From NCBI GenBank assembly GCA_964016885.1, contig OZ024742.1:110794001-110858000 (forward strand): DNA of 64,000 bases, given 5' to 3'. Under the pieces are notes generated by a model, which worked only from the letters and a program-made list of their open reading frames with translations, did no database searches and was not told the DNA's origin. The stretch is from Eledone cirrhosa (taxonomy: Eukaryota). Both the position numbers and the translations under genes were made by a program. Below, one piece after another: positions 14,506 to 28,818 of this stretch; position 1 is the first letter of the stretch; each line of letters begins with the position of its first letter.

Positions 14506-14979
14506 ATGCTAAACGATACGAAACCTCATCTGCGATGACCTAGAAGGATTATGTTGTCGCTTGGTCGTCTAGAACAGGAGGTGAAGAATGATTTGAATGA
14601 TTTGAGAGCAAAGTAAATGTATATAAACCATGCATGTCTCAATGCTTTTGCTTGTTTCTACTGTGTTACAACTTTTTTCTATTAACATCTCTTAATTTCA
14701 TCCAGCTATGTTTTCCTTTCTCTTTCGCTTGAGTTTACGGTTTATTTCTTTTACAATTTCGTCTCTTGCCTTCTGAATTGGACTCTCACTATAACATGCC
14801 ACGCGGTAGATTGAATCCATCGTCCGATTCAATACCAAACCTTGTTACTTTGAGAACTATAGAAGCAACTGCCCTTATATAAATAAGTAAATGCATGTGA
14901 AGACTAAAATCCAAAGAGGCCTCGTTAAGGATAAATATATATCTAATATATAAAAACCCTAGAGCAAATATTTATTAAA

Positions 14980-15446
14980 CTTTTATCCGTTATTTTAACA
15001 TAAATAAATATAGATATATGCAATCGTAAACAAATCTATTTCAAATCACAATAACACTACAGATATTTAAAAACGGAAAATGAAAGGAAAGGCAAGGGCT
15101 CTAGGGTCACAGACGAGTGGGAGGGGTAAAAGTGGGGGTTATGTGTTCTCGGCCCATGGCATGGCGGTGTTGGGGCTGCGCCCTGCGGACAAGGCCGCAA
15201 AAGCATTTCCGCGTACAATGGCCAGCGACACCTACTGTGACAGTCACCTCATCTCATGGGGCCCCTTCCTCACGCGGGCTGCTGACGTTCCGATCTTGTG
15301 GAGGAGCTCCGCAGTATGGGGTCCAAGTACACCTGAGGTCTCGACGGTGACCGGTGAAAAAGGAAGCGGCCGAACAATCCCCTGTATTTGATGACCTTCC
15401 TTTCCTCTGCATTGCGGGCCGCAGTACTGGGGTTTCTGGCCGAAGC
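14980..15446 (-). mobile_element. CRE-clade non-LTR retrotransposon 3' fragment (restriction-like endonuclease region plus 3' UTR)
   Basis: The minus strand reads AARNAEERKVIKYRGLFGRFLF/PVTVETSGVLGPHTAELLHKIG...*LSQ*VSLAIVRGNA with one frameshift and stops. This matches the CRE-type AE..K..KY...P..VET.G...SLAI.RGNA C-terminus. It is a GC-rich island. Confidence 0.8.
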
Positions 15447-16539
15447 GACTAAGTATTATTCTTTACGCAAATATTATTCCAAAATTTTAAATAGATTTAT
15501 AACTAAGTTATTTTGGAAAGGGAAATTCATCAGGAAACAATTTATCTGCTGGGATTGCGGCAATTTAAGTAGGTCATATTATAACCTGTAAATGTTGAGT
15601 CATTTAGCTGGATCTTACATTATAGTAGTCGCCATCTTTTGAATATGGCTGCACCAGCAGTTGAAATTTCACCGAGATTCTTTTTACCGAGATCAATTTT
15701 GCTGATCATCCTCCCCAGTTCGATAAAAAAAAAGTAACACGTCGACTTAATATAAAAGTGTCTGATGAAATGCTTTTTAATGTTTATTCTGCCTATTTGC
15801 GCTTTGAGAGACCTGCCTAGACGCAAATTGTAAATAATATATAATAAATAAAATTGTTAATTCATATACAATAAATAATATAATATATACTATGTATAAC
15901 TAAATATTACATATTTTTTATTTTACTATATTTATATATAGTATGTATCATTTGGTATTTAATATACTATTATATCATCTTTATCGCCCTGCCCCCCAGA
16001 CTTAGGCCCCAGCGCCTTCTGGACCTTCTCAACGCCCACCAGGGGGCGGTATCGTCCACTTTGAGAACATCTTCTTTAGCAAAATATCATCTTTTGTCAA
16101 TATCCCAGCCAGCTTCATAGTTTAAAGATACTATCTCTTTCTCTCCTACCTGTTTCGATGGCACTGAAAAGGTTCATTTGAACTTCCCTTTCCTTCGAGA
16201 CTAAACACTAATAAATAATTAAAAAAATATTTGAATATATTTCAACTCCGAATGTAAATAGTTCTAACGAAATACCATAAGTGTATTCGTTGCTCATCTA
16301 TCTGCACGTCCACTAATATAGCGGAATTAAAAATAGGAATCAAGTTATTAATAGTAGTCTCTTTGTGTACAAACTGTCACGAACTGTACATGGCTATTTA
16401 AGATATTTTATAAGGATGATATCAGATGATCTATTATTAGAAATTTTAGTTAATTGCATACGTATATTTTCCTATATTACATTAGCTATACTCTCCTGAA
16501 AAGTTTCGCAATTTCCATTAAAATAAGTTTGACAATATA

Positions 16540-16700
16540 CCGTATTTCCCGGCGTCGAAGAAGCCACCTTTTTCCTGTAATAAGTCTCAGATGCGCCCTG
16601 GACGCCGAAGGTTGTTTATTTTTTTTTTTTTCAAATTTTTAGTTGTCAAAATTAGGGTGCGTCTTCGAGGCCGAAGCGTTTTCGGCGCCGGGAAATACGG
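16540..16700. mobile_element. Tc1/mariner (Tc2/pogo-like) MITE
   Basis: Perfect 15-bp TIRs CCGTATTTCCCGGCG / CGCCGGGAAATACGG with TA on both sides; 161 bp. Confidence 0.9.
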
Positions 16701-17917
16701 TACATACTAACAAATACAACAAAGTGATTTCTCTAATTCAAGGTGAAAATAAAGTCGCTGAAAGAAAACCTTTACAATAAATATATACTTATTTCATTCA
16801 TGATCACAAAATATTACAAATACAAAAAAGGTATTATGGCAGAAAATTTGCTTTACATTGAGGCATTACTCTATAATGTGTAAGACAACACAATAACTTA
16901 AATGAGTATTACTGAGTATTTAAGCTTTAGGATATGTATATTAGCCATAGCTTATAATTCGTGAAGCAAAACGATAACGGTGGATTTGAACTAAGCTTTG
17001 GAGACTAATAAAACTCATCAACGTTACATTTCTACTACTGATTACAGGAAAATGCACCGCCTCTTTTACCTATAGATGTAGGAAATAGGTTGTTGCGCGC
17101 CACAATTATAGCTGTTATAGCTGAAAGAGTAGTGATAATGTTTGTTAGAATATCAAGTATGCAATATGTGGCAGTGTGGTTTCTGCAAAATGAAAGAAGG
17201 TAGCTCTACATAGCTATTTCCCTTTAAAACATATCCATCTGACCTGTAGCACTTATGTAACTTTATCAACTATTTTATGAGAGGCTGATACACTACTCGG
17301 CGTAGACATCAAATTTAATGTATCAGGTCAATTTCTAGATATTTTATTATTATATATGAAATGACCGCCACCCAAAGAAGTGAACATTTATTGAAAGTGC
17401 TTGCAGCGTTAAAACAAGATCGGAAATGCTGGCTCACATCCATGTATAGAACAATATCCTTATATTAAATACACCACCTTATCTTTGTTTATGGATCATC
17501 AATTACTGATTTCGCCAAATGTTATGTGAGTCTCCAAGCAACGAGAAATTTTCTAGACTTACGTGAAATAACTGCCAAATCTCCTTCCTGAATGTTTTAA
17601 CCATTCTTCTGATCAATAATGTATGAGCCGAAATTAAAGTGTTGAGAGGAAAATATTAATTTAGCTTAATAATATTAGTCTGAACATTATCATATATTAC
17701 GCCACAATGAAGAATATATGTAAAGGTGTACAGTTTATGGCTAATACGTTGTGCTGACGACCGTAATGTCGTGAGTTCGTTTCAAAGACGGATGGCACAT
17801 TATCTCATAGAGCAAGGCACATAATATCAGGAATAGAATTTAAGGAGCTGATATACAGTTCATATAACTGCAAAATACTCACTAAAGTTAACCACACGCA
17901 AAATATACATACATTTG

Positions 17918-17958
<41 letters not shown>

Positions 17959-17959
17959 A

Positions 17960-18284
17960 AGGGTAAAGACCTCCCTCGGTCAGGAATGACCATAGGATTT
18001 GTACCCTCAAAGTTCCTCTCCGAGGCTCTAGTCCGGCTAAAGTTGTTTGTGGAAGACAAGCTGCCGCCCATGCATATCAATCTTCCCTCTCCAAGCCACC
18101 AATGTTGTCCAAGGTAAACGCAAAGGCCGATACACCTTGGCACCAGTGACGTCGCAACTCATTTCTACTACTGAGTAAACTGGGACAACGTGAAATAAGA
18201 ACAACGTAGAGCCCGATCCGAGAAAAGAACTCAGAACCTCACGATTGTAAGCCCGATGCCCTAAGAACTAAGCCATGCGTCTTC
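17960..18284 (-). mobile_element. tRNA-derived SINE family B copy
   Basis: Minus-strand head GCATGGCTTAGTTCTTAGG...GAGTTC, body TTATTTCACGTTG shared with 18770-18888, and a tail ending at (TA)n. Confidence 0.7.
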
Positions 18285-18404
18285 ACACACACACACACAC
18301 ACACACATAATTGAGTGTGGCTGTGTGTACATATATGTGTGTGTAGATATAAGCATATATATATGTGTATATATGTGTATATATATGTGTATATATGTGT
18401 ATAA

Positions 18405-18435
<31 letters not shown>

Positions 18436-18636
18436 AATTCATATATAAAGTGAGATACACATATATATATATATATATGTACATATGCAGATACAAATAA
18501 TCAAATATATATATATGTACGAAAGGCGCAGGATCAGTTGTCGTCGCGTTCTTTCATGTATATTTATATATATGTATATTTATGTGTGTATTATATATAT
18601 ATATATATGTGTGTATTATATATATATATATGTGTA

Positions 18637-18671
<35 letters not shown>

Positions 18672-18769
18672 TTTTTGCGATCGACTTTCGTCAAATCGGA
18701 CCGAAGAAACAATGTTTCCATCGGTCTTTCCAGTTGCTAGTACTATCTATCGGTCGCAACTCCAGGTAG

Positions 18770-18888
18770 AAGGAGCAACGTGAAATAAAATGTCTTGCTC
18801 AAGGACATAACGCATCGATCGGTCCAGGACTCGAACTCACAACCTCAAGATTGTGAATCCAATTCTCTAACCACTCAGCCACACGCCT
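18770..18888 (-). mobile_element. tRNA-derived SINE family B, 5' part
   Basis: Minus strand has A box TGGCTGAGTGG and B box GAGTTCGAGTCC, then the TGTCCTTGAGCAAGACA core-like domain. Confidence 0.8.
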
Positions 18889-18910
18889 ATATATATTTAT
18901 ATATATATAG

Positions 18911-19247
18911 GGCTGCCTATAATAAAATTTCATATAACTATATATAATAAAATAGAAGAGAGACGGTATCACGAATCCATCGATTTATTACATCATCTGT
19001 TTATGCGCAATTCAAAGACATCAAAGTCATTGTGTAACAATTATTTGATGTGTTGTCATCTGACAAGTATATAAATGCAATATTACTTTGTTTTTGATAT
19101 GCCCGCCATAGTACGGAATTCGATGTTGACTCTCTGTCGGGTACCGTATAGGTAATAACCTATAGTACCAAAGACGTGGAGTGCTTACGTCTGATTGCAC
19201 CCCAATCGGTCGATTGCTTGATCAACTAACACTGATTACTGGGAAGT
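18911..19247 (-). mobile_element. Decayed hammerhead-bearing element, same family as 60600-61000
   Basis: Shares GAAGAGAGACGG...TTATGCG..TTC.AAGAC.TCAAAGT...TTTGA.GTGTT...TTTGTTTTTGATATG with 60711-60860. The core is degenerate (CAGATGA/GAAT). TA-flanked. Confidence 0.6.
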
Positions 19248-19259
19248 ATATATATACAC

Positions 19260-19344
<85 letters not shown>

Positions 19345-19385
19345 ATAAAGAAGAAATTAAAAGATGGTTAAAAGAGTTCCATATA

Positions 19386-19451
19386 CTTTATTATGCGCAT
19401 TTCGAATACAAAATCATCCTGGGACAAACATTTTGTTCTCATCAGATAAAA
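19386..19451 (-). ncRNA. Minimal type I hammerhead ribozyme
   Basis: The minus strand reads TTTTAT CTGATGA GAACAAAAT...ATTTTGTATTC GAAA TGCGCA TA^ATAAAG. The core is intact, stems I and II pair, and stem III is palindromic. Confidence 0.85.
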
Positions 19452-19629
19452 TAAGGTAACATGAAATGAGACATATTAGCACTTCTTTATAGGAAAGTGC
19501 TAAGTCTACATATGACAGAAATATAAGTGTTATACTGTAGTAAGAAATAGATAAGAAAATAGAAGAAAAGGAAAGAGGAGAAAAAGGAAAAAGAAAGAGA
19601 AGAAAGGAAAAAAAGAAGAAAAAAAGGAA

Positions 19630-19632
19630 GAG

Positions 19633-19710
<78 letters not shown>

Positions 19711-19947
19711 TTGATCAGGAATGCTGTCAAAATGAAAACAGCTATAAATAACGGTTAAAAAGTAAATTGATGAGGTGTAGGTGCGAATATTATAGACGAT
19801 ATTCAAATATTAGAGATCTAAATATAGAAACTGGGTATCTTATTTCATATTGGGTTTAAATACTAAAAATTGGATTAAGAAGTGTAAAAATGTATTAATA
19901 AAATAAAATAAAATAAAATAAAATAAAATAAAATAAAATAAAATAAA
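19630..19947. repeat. (AG)n and (AAAAT)n microsatellites
   Basis: Tracts at ~19630-19707 and ~19899-19947. Confidence 0.9.
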
Positions 19948-21083
19948 TATAAAAGAATAGATTTTTATCAAATAAAATAAAAAATAAAAATAGTCTATCT
20001 ATGTCAAAATTAATAATTTCTAGTAAAAATCTATATATGTGGGGTATACTATTTAATTTTTATTTTATATCAACAAGTAAATAAAGGAAATTGCTAGAAT
20101 GATTTATAAACGTAGAAAAACATATGACGTCATAATTTGTTTACAAAATCTACGAAGGTTTGAGCGAAAATCTGAGGCTATAGAAAAAAGATCAAAGGCT
20201 TAATATATGATGAGAAAACCAAATTAATACATTGTAGAATATAATGAAAGATGTGTAAAGATAACCGTGACTCGTGGAATATGTTATAGGACATCAGCTA
20301 TATACTTTGTGAAAGCTCTTATAGGATTTATGATTATAAAGTCCAAATAAATCGGTTCTTCGATTTATTATTGTGTTGAAATTCGAGATAATGGTAAATT
20401 TTTCAACTAGACATAAATTACAAACACTAGATATGGAAGCATTGGAGTATGGAGATGCGTTGTAGATTTTACGCAGTTGCATTTACGATTAAGATTATTT
20501 ACAGAGTTATTTGCAAGTGGCCCAGGATTAATTACATTAGGAACTGGAGGTGCTAAAGTTTCCAGATTTACATTACTATTTGATGCATTCCTCAAAGTTA
20601 CGTTTGACGTCGTATTTATACTTGTGTTATTTTGCCTAGAGTTTATATTGACGTCGGGCTTTATAGTGTTATTATTATGACTCTCATGGTTAGATGCATA
20701 TGAGTTATTATTTAATATTTTAGAATTATGTCTTGAGATCATTTTAAAAATGTTCGAAGTAGTAGAATTAGACATCGCTAGCTATTACTCTTATATTTCT
20801 CCTTCACTCCTAAACAAGGCTCTCCCATATGCATTAAAATATACGGACATTACTAGTGAAGAAATATACATCATTCTCCCCGCTAGGAAAACCATCTTGG
20901 AATTTAAGAATGAATATTGGACAAGAGCGGATACTTTCAACAATTTCGACATCACCATGGGTTCGTCAGATTCGGCTCAACTGAATTTAGAGGCTGTAAA
21001 GTTTGAGACAGGTGATCAGTAATAATATGTTCTATCGCTCTGGTGAAATTTCTTTTTTCATTCTTACTTTTCTGTTCCCTTCA

Positions 21084-21209
21084 ATAATTGTTACTGCTTT
21101 AGGCACAAGGCCAGCAATTACCCAGTGCATTATTGGTACTTTATTTTATCGACCCCTTAAGGATGAAAGGCAAAGTCAACCTCGGCGGGATTTGAACTCA
21201 GATCGTAAA
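21084..21209 (-). mobile_element. SINE family A, 5'-truncated
   Basis: Matches the 3' two-thirds of the unit. Confidence 0.85.
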
Positions 21210-24200
21210 TGTGTTTTGTTTATATTCGATACTGCTCAATTATTTTCATATAATGTCAATGGCTTTTCACGACATTGTGAGATTTTGTAGAAATAATCTG
21301 AAAGAATACATTTATTTTTCTCTCGAAAAACAAAACTGTCAAAATGGGAAACAACTAAACTAAGAATGAAAACATTACCAAAATAATAGCACCAACCGTA
21401 CATTCTTTACTGATAACTTTGTTCCATTTATTGATTAAGAAAGATGTAAAAATTACTTTTGTGTATTTTCATCTATAATATATTTCTACTTTATGCTATG
21501 CTAATCTGTATAAATATTTCTTTTGAATAGATTTTTGAATTAAAAAATAAGTAATGTAGATAAACCTCATTTCAATTGATGCGTCTAGAAAAATATAATT
21601 CAAACTGATTTGAGTTCTCTCTATTTATTTTCTGCTTTGCTTCGACATATTGGTAGAATATATAACTGATAAGCAGAATATGTATTAAGACTAAAAACAT
21701 AATCCCATAGCCTCTGACTTATACATTTCTTTCCAGTTATATGTAGAATAGCTCACTTTCCACTTAATTGTCTAAACTATCTTTATGTTCAATAAACATA
21801 TGATGTAGAAGAAAGAATTTGAAAACTGATGCGCCTGTTTGTGACAGTATAATTTGAGGTTTAAAGCATATTTCATCTTCAACACAAGAAAAATATAAAC
21901 ATACCTTAATCCAGGATCTTGTTGATTGACTCGGACATGTTCATTAAAATATAAAGTATGTAATGCTTGCATATTTAGTTTTAGCAATATGGAAGGAGAC
22001 AGTTCTAACGAGTTGCCTCCCCCCCCCTTAAAAGCATGTTATCAGAATATTTTCATTTGCGTGTTACTTTCTCTGACATATTAGCACTTCTGTCACTATG
22101 GATTTCTAACACTATGGTTTAGCCAATAGAATAGTATTTTATATTTCACAAGAACAGAAAAAGAAATCTGCCATCAGAGGAAGTGACAAGCTGCTAAAAC
22201 TGCCTGCAGCGTTACCAAAAAACAGCAACACTTTTGTGGTACTACACAGCGTGTTTTGGACTCATAAGAGCTACCTTTGAAAGGAAATCATTTAAATACG
22301 AGGAATATTTAATAATTTGCAATTATAATAAAACAGGGAAACTAGTAGTAATTATAGAATCCCACAAGCTCTGTAATTCTCTTGGTGTATCACAGTGCGC
22401 GTCTACAATTTTTCTCAATTTATACTCATTGGAGGAATTGAATGAAGCACATTAAACTAACGAATCTCACTTTGAATTCCAATCAGTAATGTTATTTGAA
22501 ATGAATATTTCATTTTAGTTGCTGTCATTATTTGAAGTTCATGTCAGTCATGGGCAATCGAATACATAATTTATCAAAAACGTTACAGTCGCCAGCTTAG
22601 CATCGTGCATTCTTAACGGAAATTTTATTATTTCATATATGCTACCTTCTATTTTAAGTCGGGAATGTGTTATGTGAGAATGATTTAGTTTTAATTCTAG
22701 CAGTTTGTCTTGTCGCATTGTTTGTTTTTAGTTAGAACGACGATACAATATTTTGTCCTTAATAGTACATAAACCACTAACCATTCACTCAGTCGTCTCG
22801 TATATCATACATTCGGCTGTCTGCAACCTTTGTTTGGGACATAGCGCAAGTATTGTACACTGTGTACAACTTGGAAGGCAGTTTTTCATGAGTTATTCGG
22901 CTAGAGTTTGTTCTATTGAAAATATTGTTATACTAGCCGCAATTGTGTTTTCAGTACAAACAGTCAAACTAGTAATCCTGTTCAGATAGTTGCAGTAATT
23001 TTCTTTGCGATAAACGTACAACAATTCTGATAAAGGAAAATATTGAAATTGCTGCTGAAAACTATAATAAATGATGTATTTAGATAAAATCTACATTGCC
23101 TGGAGATTTTAATATAAAGAAATGATCATGAATGAGATTCATGAAGAAATACTAGAGCTGTTTTGTCCTCAAAAGGAAAATATCCCGCTGTCTATTCGGA
23201 CGAAAATGTTATGTGATGTACGAAACATACATCAAAATGAAATATTGCCCGAAGTAGGCACATCCTTTATCAACATCTATTCTGAATAGATTGTATGAGA
23301 AAAACTCAATAATCTTTAACCAGTGGCAAGCTCAACCAAACTAATGTGTAGGAAACTTCTTCGAAGTAACGTCATTTACTTCAGATTACAGAAATTAGAG
23401 ATTTCACCGGTGGGAACGTTATACTACACAGGCATTCACCACCCACATATCCATGTATTATGATTTCTAAAGGGAGATTACATATGTGTGTATGTAAGTG
23501 GATTTCATCGCTAACGGAAAATAAAATAATCTTCAAATATATAATGATACTTTCTAAAATTGGTTCATATGTTTACTGGAATGGAAATGTGCTATCGATT
23601 TAATCGATTCCATAGCTTGTGTACGAGAGAAAGAAAGACAATTATCGACCTCATCGAGATGTGAACTTTAAACATAAAGGGATGACCCTCTCTTGGATTT
23701 TCAGTTCGCTCTGTAAACATATAACATTTAATATAATAACTTCATCGTAACATATTTTGATGGCCGTGTATAGTCGATAAAAACTAACTCGTGTTCATTA
23801 CTGCTATTTTATATTATGGACCTTCGGAGAAAAAAAGACAAATCAACCGATTTGGAATTTGAACTCAAAACGTGTAGCACCGGAAAGTACAGTGCATTTT
23901 GTCCGTCTTTCTAACAAATTTGCCAAATTCCTAGCCTTTAATACAAAGAACAATGATATTGATGATGAGAAGAAAAATAGAGAAGAACAGAAGGGCAAAG
24001 GAAAATAAGAGGAAAAGAAGAGGATGGCGGTGATGAGAAAAACAAAGGAGAGTATTATATATAAATTTCCTGTTAAATTCCTTGACAAATTGACATTAAA
24101 GACTTTGTACATTTATCGTAATATACCATTAGTATATAATATATTCGTTATATATTAATAAAAAAACTTCTGATATAGAACAATAGAACTAATATGAAGT

Positions 24201-25017
24201 CCCTCGGAACGTATAAGTAGCTGTCATACATAGTGACAAAGTAATATAATATATATACATATATCTGAGTGTGTGTGTATTCGCGTATATCTTTATCGCC
24301 CGCACGACAAGAGGCACATGAAGTTCTGAGATTTGTTTCACGTTCAAGATAACAAAGTCGGACAGCTAATTAAAACATTTAAAACTGAGCACCAGGTCCA
24401 TAAGAATCTCATACCATACATTAACTGAGACGTTGATTGTTAAAATGTGCTACTTTAGAGAGTTATCGCAATTTTACATCTAGCAATCTGTCCTATATTT
24501 CAATCCATATAAGGAATTTATTTTAACAAATTGTATTTAGTACCGAGGAAAACTTTTCTAAACTCCAGATTTTCAACTGATTCAGCATTCATGCTTACAT
24601 TATATACGTTAGAGATTAACACATATAGATGTAATCAACAGCGAAACAATAAATTCGAATATTTTTCCATCCAACCAAATGATCAGCACAACACTACGTC
24701 ATAGATAACTAACACACCTAAGTTTTCTATACAAATTATATATTATAAGCGCCTGTGACATGTATTTACATAGGAGCCATATATATTCGTAGGTATGGTT
24801 GTGGTATATGAAATTTTAGTCGTGTGCTTCTTCATTCTTTTTAATAAAGGCAATTTAATAAAGTGAAACAGCAAATGTTGAAGTCGTGATGTAAGATAAT
24901 GTAAAATGTAGGTTATGCTTCCTATGAAGTATTTCATTCAAATTAAATTTTCATAACAGCCCCTTTCTTAAACAGCACGTCTTAGGAAATCGATATGTTA
25001 AAAAGTAAATGTAATAA

Positions 25018-25087
<70 letters not shown>

Positions 25088-25163
25088 TTATTACATATAT
25101 ATGAGTATGTAAGAGACGGAGATAGAAAATGTATGTGTGCGTCTACTGATTATATGTATTCCC

Positions 25164-25329
25164 GGCAGAATCGGTAGAGGGTTGGACGACATGCTTTGCG
25201 ACGGTTCTTTATGATCTGAGTTCAAATCCCGCCGAGGTTAGCTTTGCCTTTCATCCTTACGGAGTCGATAAAATAAAGTACCAGTAATACACTGGTATAA
25301 TTGCTGGCTTTGTGCCAAAAAGTAGCAGA
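25164..25329 (+). mobile_element. SINE family A copy
   Basis: Same unit with a small internal deletion. Confidence 0.85.
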
Positions 25330-25369
25330 CCTAATCGTGGAAAACTGCATGCCTGGACAATATGTAAAG

Positions 25370-26066
25370 AAAATTTTTATGTGCATAATATGCCTTGAAA
25401 TTTCGGGACAATCGGCTAAACGTAACGCCTCCAAAAAGCCCTATAAAGCTGAAAAAATGAAGTTTTTCACCTAATGCGGGCCATAGGCCATAAAAAAGTT
25501 GGATTTTCTTTGCTCACGGTATGAACAAGAGACTGACTAATACATAATTATAATTTCAAGGAAATCGGTCTGACGTAACGCCTAAAAAAACCCTAAAAAG
25601 CTTAAAACACGCAGTTTTTCACCTAATGCGGTCCCTAGGAGAAAAAGTTGCATTTTTATGTGCATAACACTCCCTGAATCAAAAGTAATAAACATGTAAA
25701 GTTTTGAAAAAAATCGGTTGGGTACTTCTCGAGTTTTAGCGATTCAAACTCACAGACACACACACAGAGACAGACATCCTCAGGGAATCGATGTAATGCA
25801 GATAGCCAGGCATACAGACAGATATTATAAGGGCGTGACGTTAGATGTATGTATCTATCTAAAAAGAGAAAGACTAAGAATTATAGAGAGAGATCGCTAA
25901 ATCGCCCAATGCATTGAAAATTTGTAATTTCTTTTGCTCAGAACACTCCCTGAAACAAAAATTACATGTGTAAAGTTTGAAAACAGTCGGTTGTGTGCTT
26001 CTCGAGTTTTAGGGATTCAAACTCACACACACACAGACAGACATCCTCAGTTTGATATATATAGAT
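25370..26066 (+). mobile_element. Helentron/DINE-1-like non-autonomous rolling-circle element with internal tandem duplications
   Basis: Duplicated blocks at ~25405-25520/~25560-25660 and ~25665-25783/~25940-26050. It ends in ACAGACAGACATCCTCAGTTTGATATATATAGAT, similar to DINE-1/HINE-type ends. Confidence 0.5.
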
Positions 26067-28099
26067 TACACACATACACACGGATAGGAATGTATATATA
26101 CATACAGGCACACACACACACACATACACACACATACACACACACACACATATATATATACACATTTTTCGATGGCCATTGACTCTTATGAATCCTTCCA
26201 CCCTTTGTTGGATTTTGTTTTTTGTCCTGCAGGGTGTCCAAAATTAACCTCCTCACCAAGTAAACTTGGTGGGGTTGCCGGTTTAGTCGCCAACAACCCG
26301 ACCATGCAACAGGTTGTACTGGGCATTCTTTTAGGAGAAGGCAACTCAGGAACTGGGATAACTCCGACATAAAACTTGCGGCTCAGTAGTTACCGATGAT
26401 GTTGATCTTTTCTTCTTTTCGAGTTATAGCTACTGTCGCCCAGAGAGTGGGATTGGCTCAGTGCACAGTCTTTCCTCACTTTAAAAAAAATCTTCACGCA
26501 CAGGCATTGCACGATAGGTTAATTGATAATTATTAATAATGTTATATCGTGCAATGGCCATACTCGATAACGAGGGGGAAGCCATCATATATGTGTGTGT
26601 GTGTGAGGTCCAAAGTAACTGGGCTGTATACGTAGGCATTAAGTTACATATTCCACCTTATCCCCTTAGCGTTATATCTTATGAGAGAGGGGTGTTGCAG
26701 AGGGTCAAATTTAACTAGAAAAAATTAGTCAGGGGAAATCCAGGTTAGGTTGAAGTTAATTTAGGGGTTGATTTAAAATAATCTAGGTTACATTAGAAAG
26801 AAATATATATTAAATTAAAATAGAATTTAACTGAACCGCGGCTATTATTGAGTCTCGTGGTCCTATATATGATCATACATGGAATGTACTTTGTGGTGTA
26901 GTACTCTATAATCACCACGTCCATGGCTACTAGGTGGGATACAGAAAAGTAAGATAGTAAGTATTAATAACATGCCAATAAAACATTAATATATTATGAG
27001 GGGTAAATACTTAAAAGGATATACGAAGATGTAAGAAAAGGTAATAAAAGGTAGGATAAAAGGCTGGAAAAAAAATAAGATACTATATAAATATAAAAAA
27101 GAGAGTGGGTGTACAAATATATATGAATATAAATATAATATATGTCAACAAAAGAGTGTAAACTGGGTATAAAAGGATATAAATATGCATATAATTATAA
27201 GTATAATTATAATATATAAGCAAACAAAAATGGTATAAACAGATGCAAGGTTTTGGTGCAGACAAGACACAAGATTAAGGTTCCATATATTCATGCGGAA
27301 AAAATGAAAAGAGTTTGTCGGATAATAATCCGATTTGTGTGTGAGTAGGTAGCCGTATACGAATAGGTTCAAGGTACGAGGAAGGCTGAGAATAGGCAGT
27401 TCCTCAGCATTAGAACATCCAGTGGTTTGGTTGTGGCCTTTGTTCTTCATTACATCAAAAGCGCTCAACTGCAACAGGAGCTAAATTGCATTTAAATTAT
27501 TTTGATCATCTAATTGTAGAACTGGTAGTTTTGGTTAGCAAATCATGACGATACGAATTACTAAAGCACTCGACGTGAATGCGGTATCCAGTGGTTGGCG
27601 CAGGAAACGGAGTAAAGTATTTAAAACGACAACAGAAGGCCGTACTGGAAGATATGCTGTAAATTTAATTCCGTGAAATTACTATACATATTTTAATGGC
27701 CTAGCTCCATCATCCATTTATGATGCAAGACAAGACGGTCTCATCAGGTAACGTCAACAGAATTACAAAACAGGTTTACGTAGTATCTATACTCATCGTA
27801 GAAGTTAGAGAAAAGAGAATAGTAAGAGGAACAATTGAAAAGTGAAAAATGAAAATTTGACTTAGAGACTGCGCGAAAAAGGAGTGTTGTATTGTCTGCA
27901 GACAGTCTCCGAGTGCTGCTAAATTTACGAGTTAAGGGTAGGTGCGTGTCACAGAAGAATCTAGCCTATTTTTCTACTATCGGACAGGTCACTCAGCGGT
28001 GACTGTAGTTAAAGGGGTACATATGTATAAAACTATGAGTATATCGTCTGGTCAGAAATAAGAGGGGTAAACAAAATATTATTAAAATGATAATGATGC

Positions 28100-28230
28100 T
28101 TTCTAGTATAGGCAGAAGGCCAGTAATTTAGGGGAGGGGAAAGTCGATTAAATCCCCACTGGTGCTTTATTTTATTGATCCCATAAGGATGAAAGGCAAA
28201 GTTAACTTTGGCGGGATTTGAACTCAGATC
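28100..28230 (-). mobile_element. SINE family A variant, partial
   Basis: Contains GGATGAAAGGCAAAGTTAACTTTGGCGGGATTTGAACTCAG. Confidence 0.8.
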
Positions 28231-28299
28231 ATGAAATGCCATAGAGGTCCAAAGTAAATGGGCAGTATACAACCGAATATTTTCAATAATGAATGGAGG

Positions 28300-28345
<46 letters not shown>

Positions 28346-28737
28346 TTCTCTCACCTTCTTTCGCCCCCTCTGTCAGTTACACTTTCTCTCGACTGACCTC
28401 TTCCTCGCACTTCCACTCACTAACTCTCTGTTTCTCCCCTTCTCACTTCCTCCCGTTTGGCTAGTAGTGGGGTTTCTTCTTGCTCACATCCCACTCACGT
28501 CGGACGGCCTGTATCTTGATCGCTCATGAAATCCACCCAGTTTATGCTGACCGGATAACCATGTTGCTTGTTTATTTTCCTATCATCGGTTTGCTTTTAT
28601 CCTTCTATGTTGTTTACTTGTCTCACTCGCTTTACGCGATTTACTTGTCCCAATAGATTTTTTTAGTTATTGCTCGCAACAACCTGAGGTATATGATTTT
28701 TAATGCGATGAAATATCAATGATTATATATATATCTC

Positions 28738-28774
28738 CGGGGTGAACCTGCAGTAACTCCAAGTTACACCCCCT

Positions 28775-28778
<4 letters not shown>
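28738..28778 (+). mobile_element. Short terminal fragment of the 53411-53942 fold-back family
   Basis: GGGTGAACCTGCAGTAACTCCAAGTTACACCCCCTGGA matches GGATGAACCTACAGTAACTTCACGTTACACTCCCTGGA; embedded in (TA)n. Confidence 0.75.

Positions 28779-28818
<40 letters not shown>

Larger units (their letters stand above)
19345..20983 (-). mobile_element. Rearranged Penelope-like element: hammerhead/3' region, internally deleted GIY-YIG region (minus) and inverted RT fragment (plus, ~20770-20983)
   Basis: Minus strand: NIFKMISRHNSKIL...KCNC, then ASPY...CNLCLVEK...INRRTDLF...HK. Plus strand: LDIASYYSYISPSLLNKAL...ARKTILEF...W...FDITMGSSDSAQ, which are PLE RT motifs. Assigning the whole interval to one element is inferred. 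Confidence 0.8.

Noticed and set aside
18800-18888. tRNA gene
   Set aside because: It has A and B boxes but no proper acceptor stem and continues into a SINE body, so it is a SINE head.
27260-27700. Possible very old retroelement coding remnant (also ~40760-41340 and ~1700-2300)
   Set aside because: I could not recover convincing conserved motifs by eye; a translated profile search is needed.
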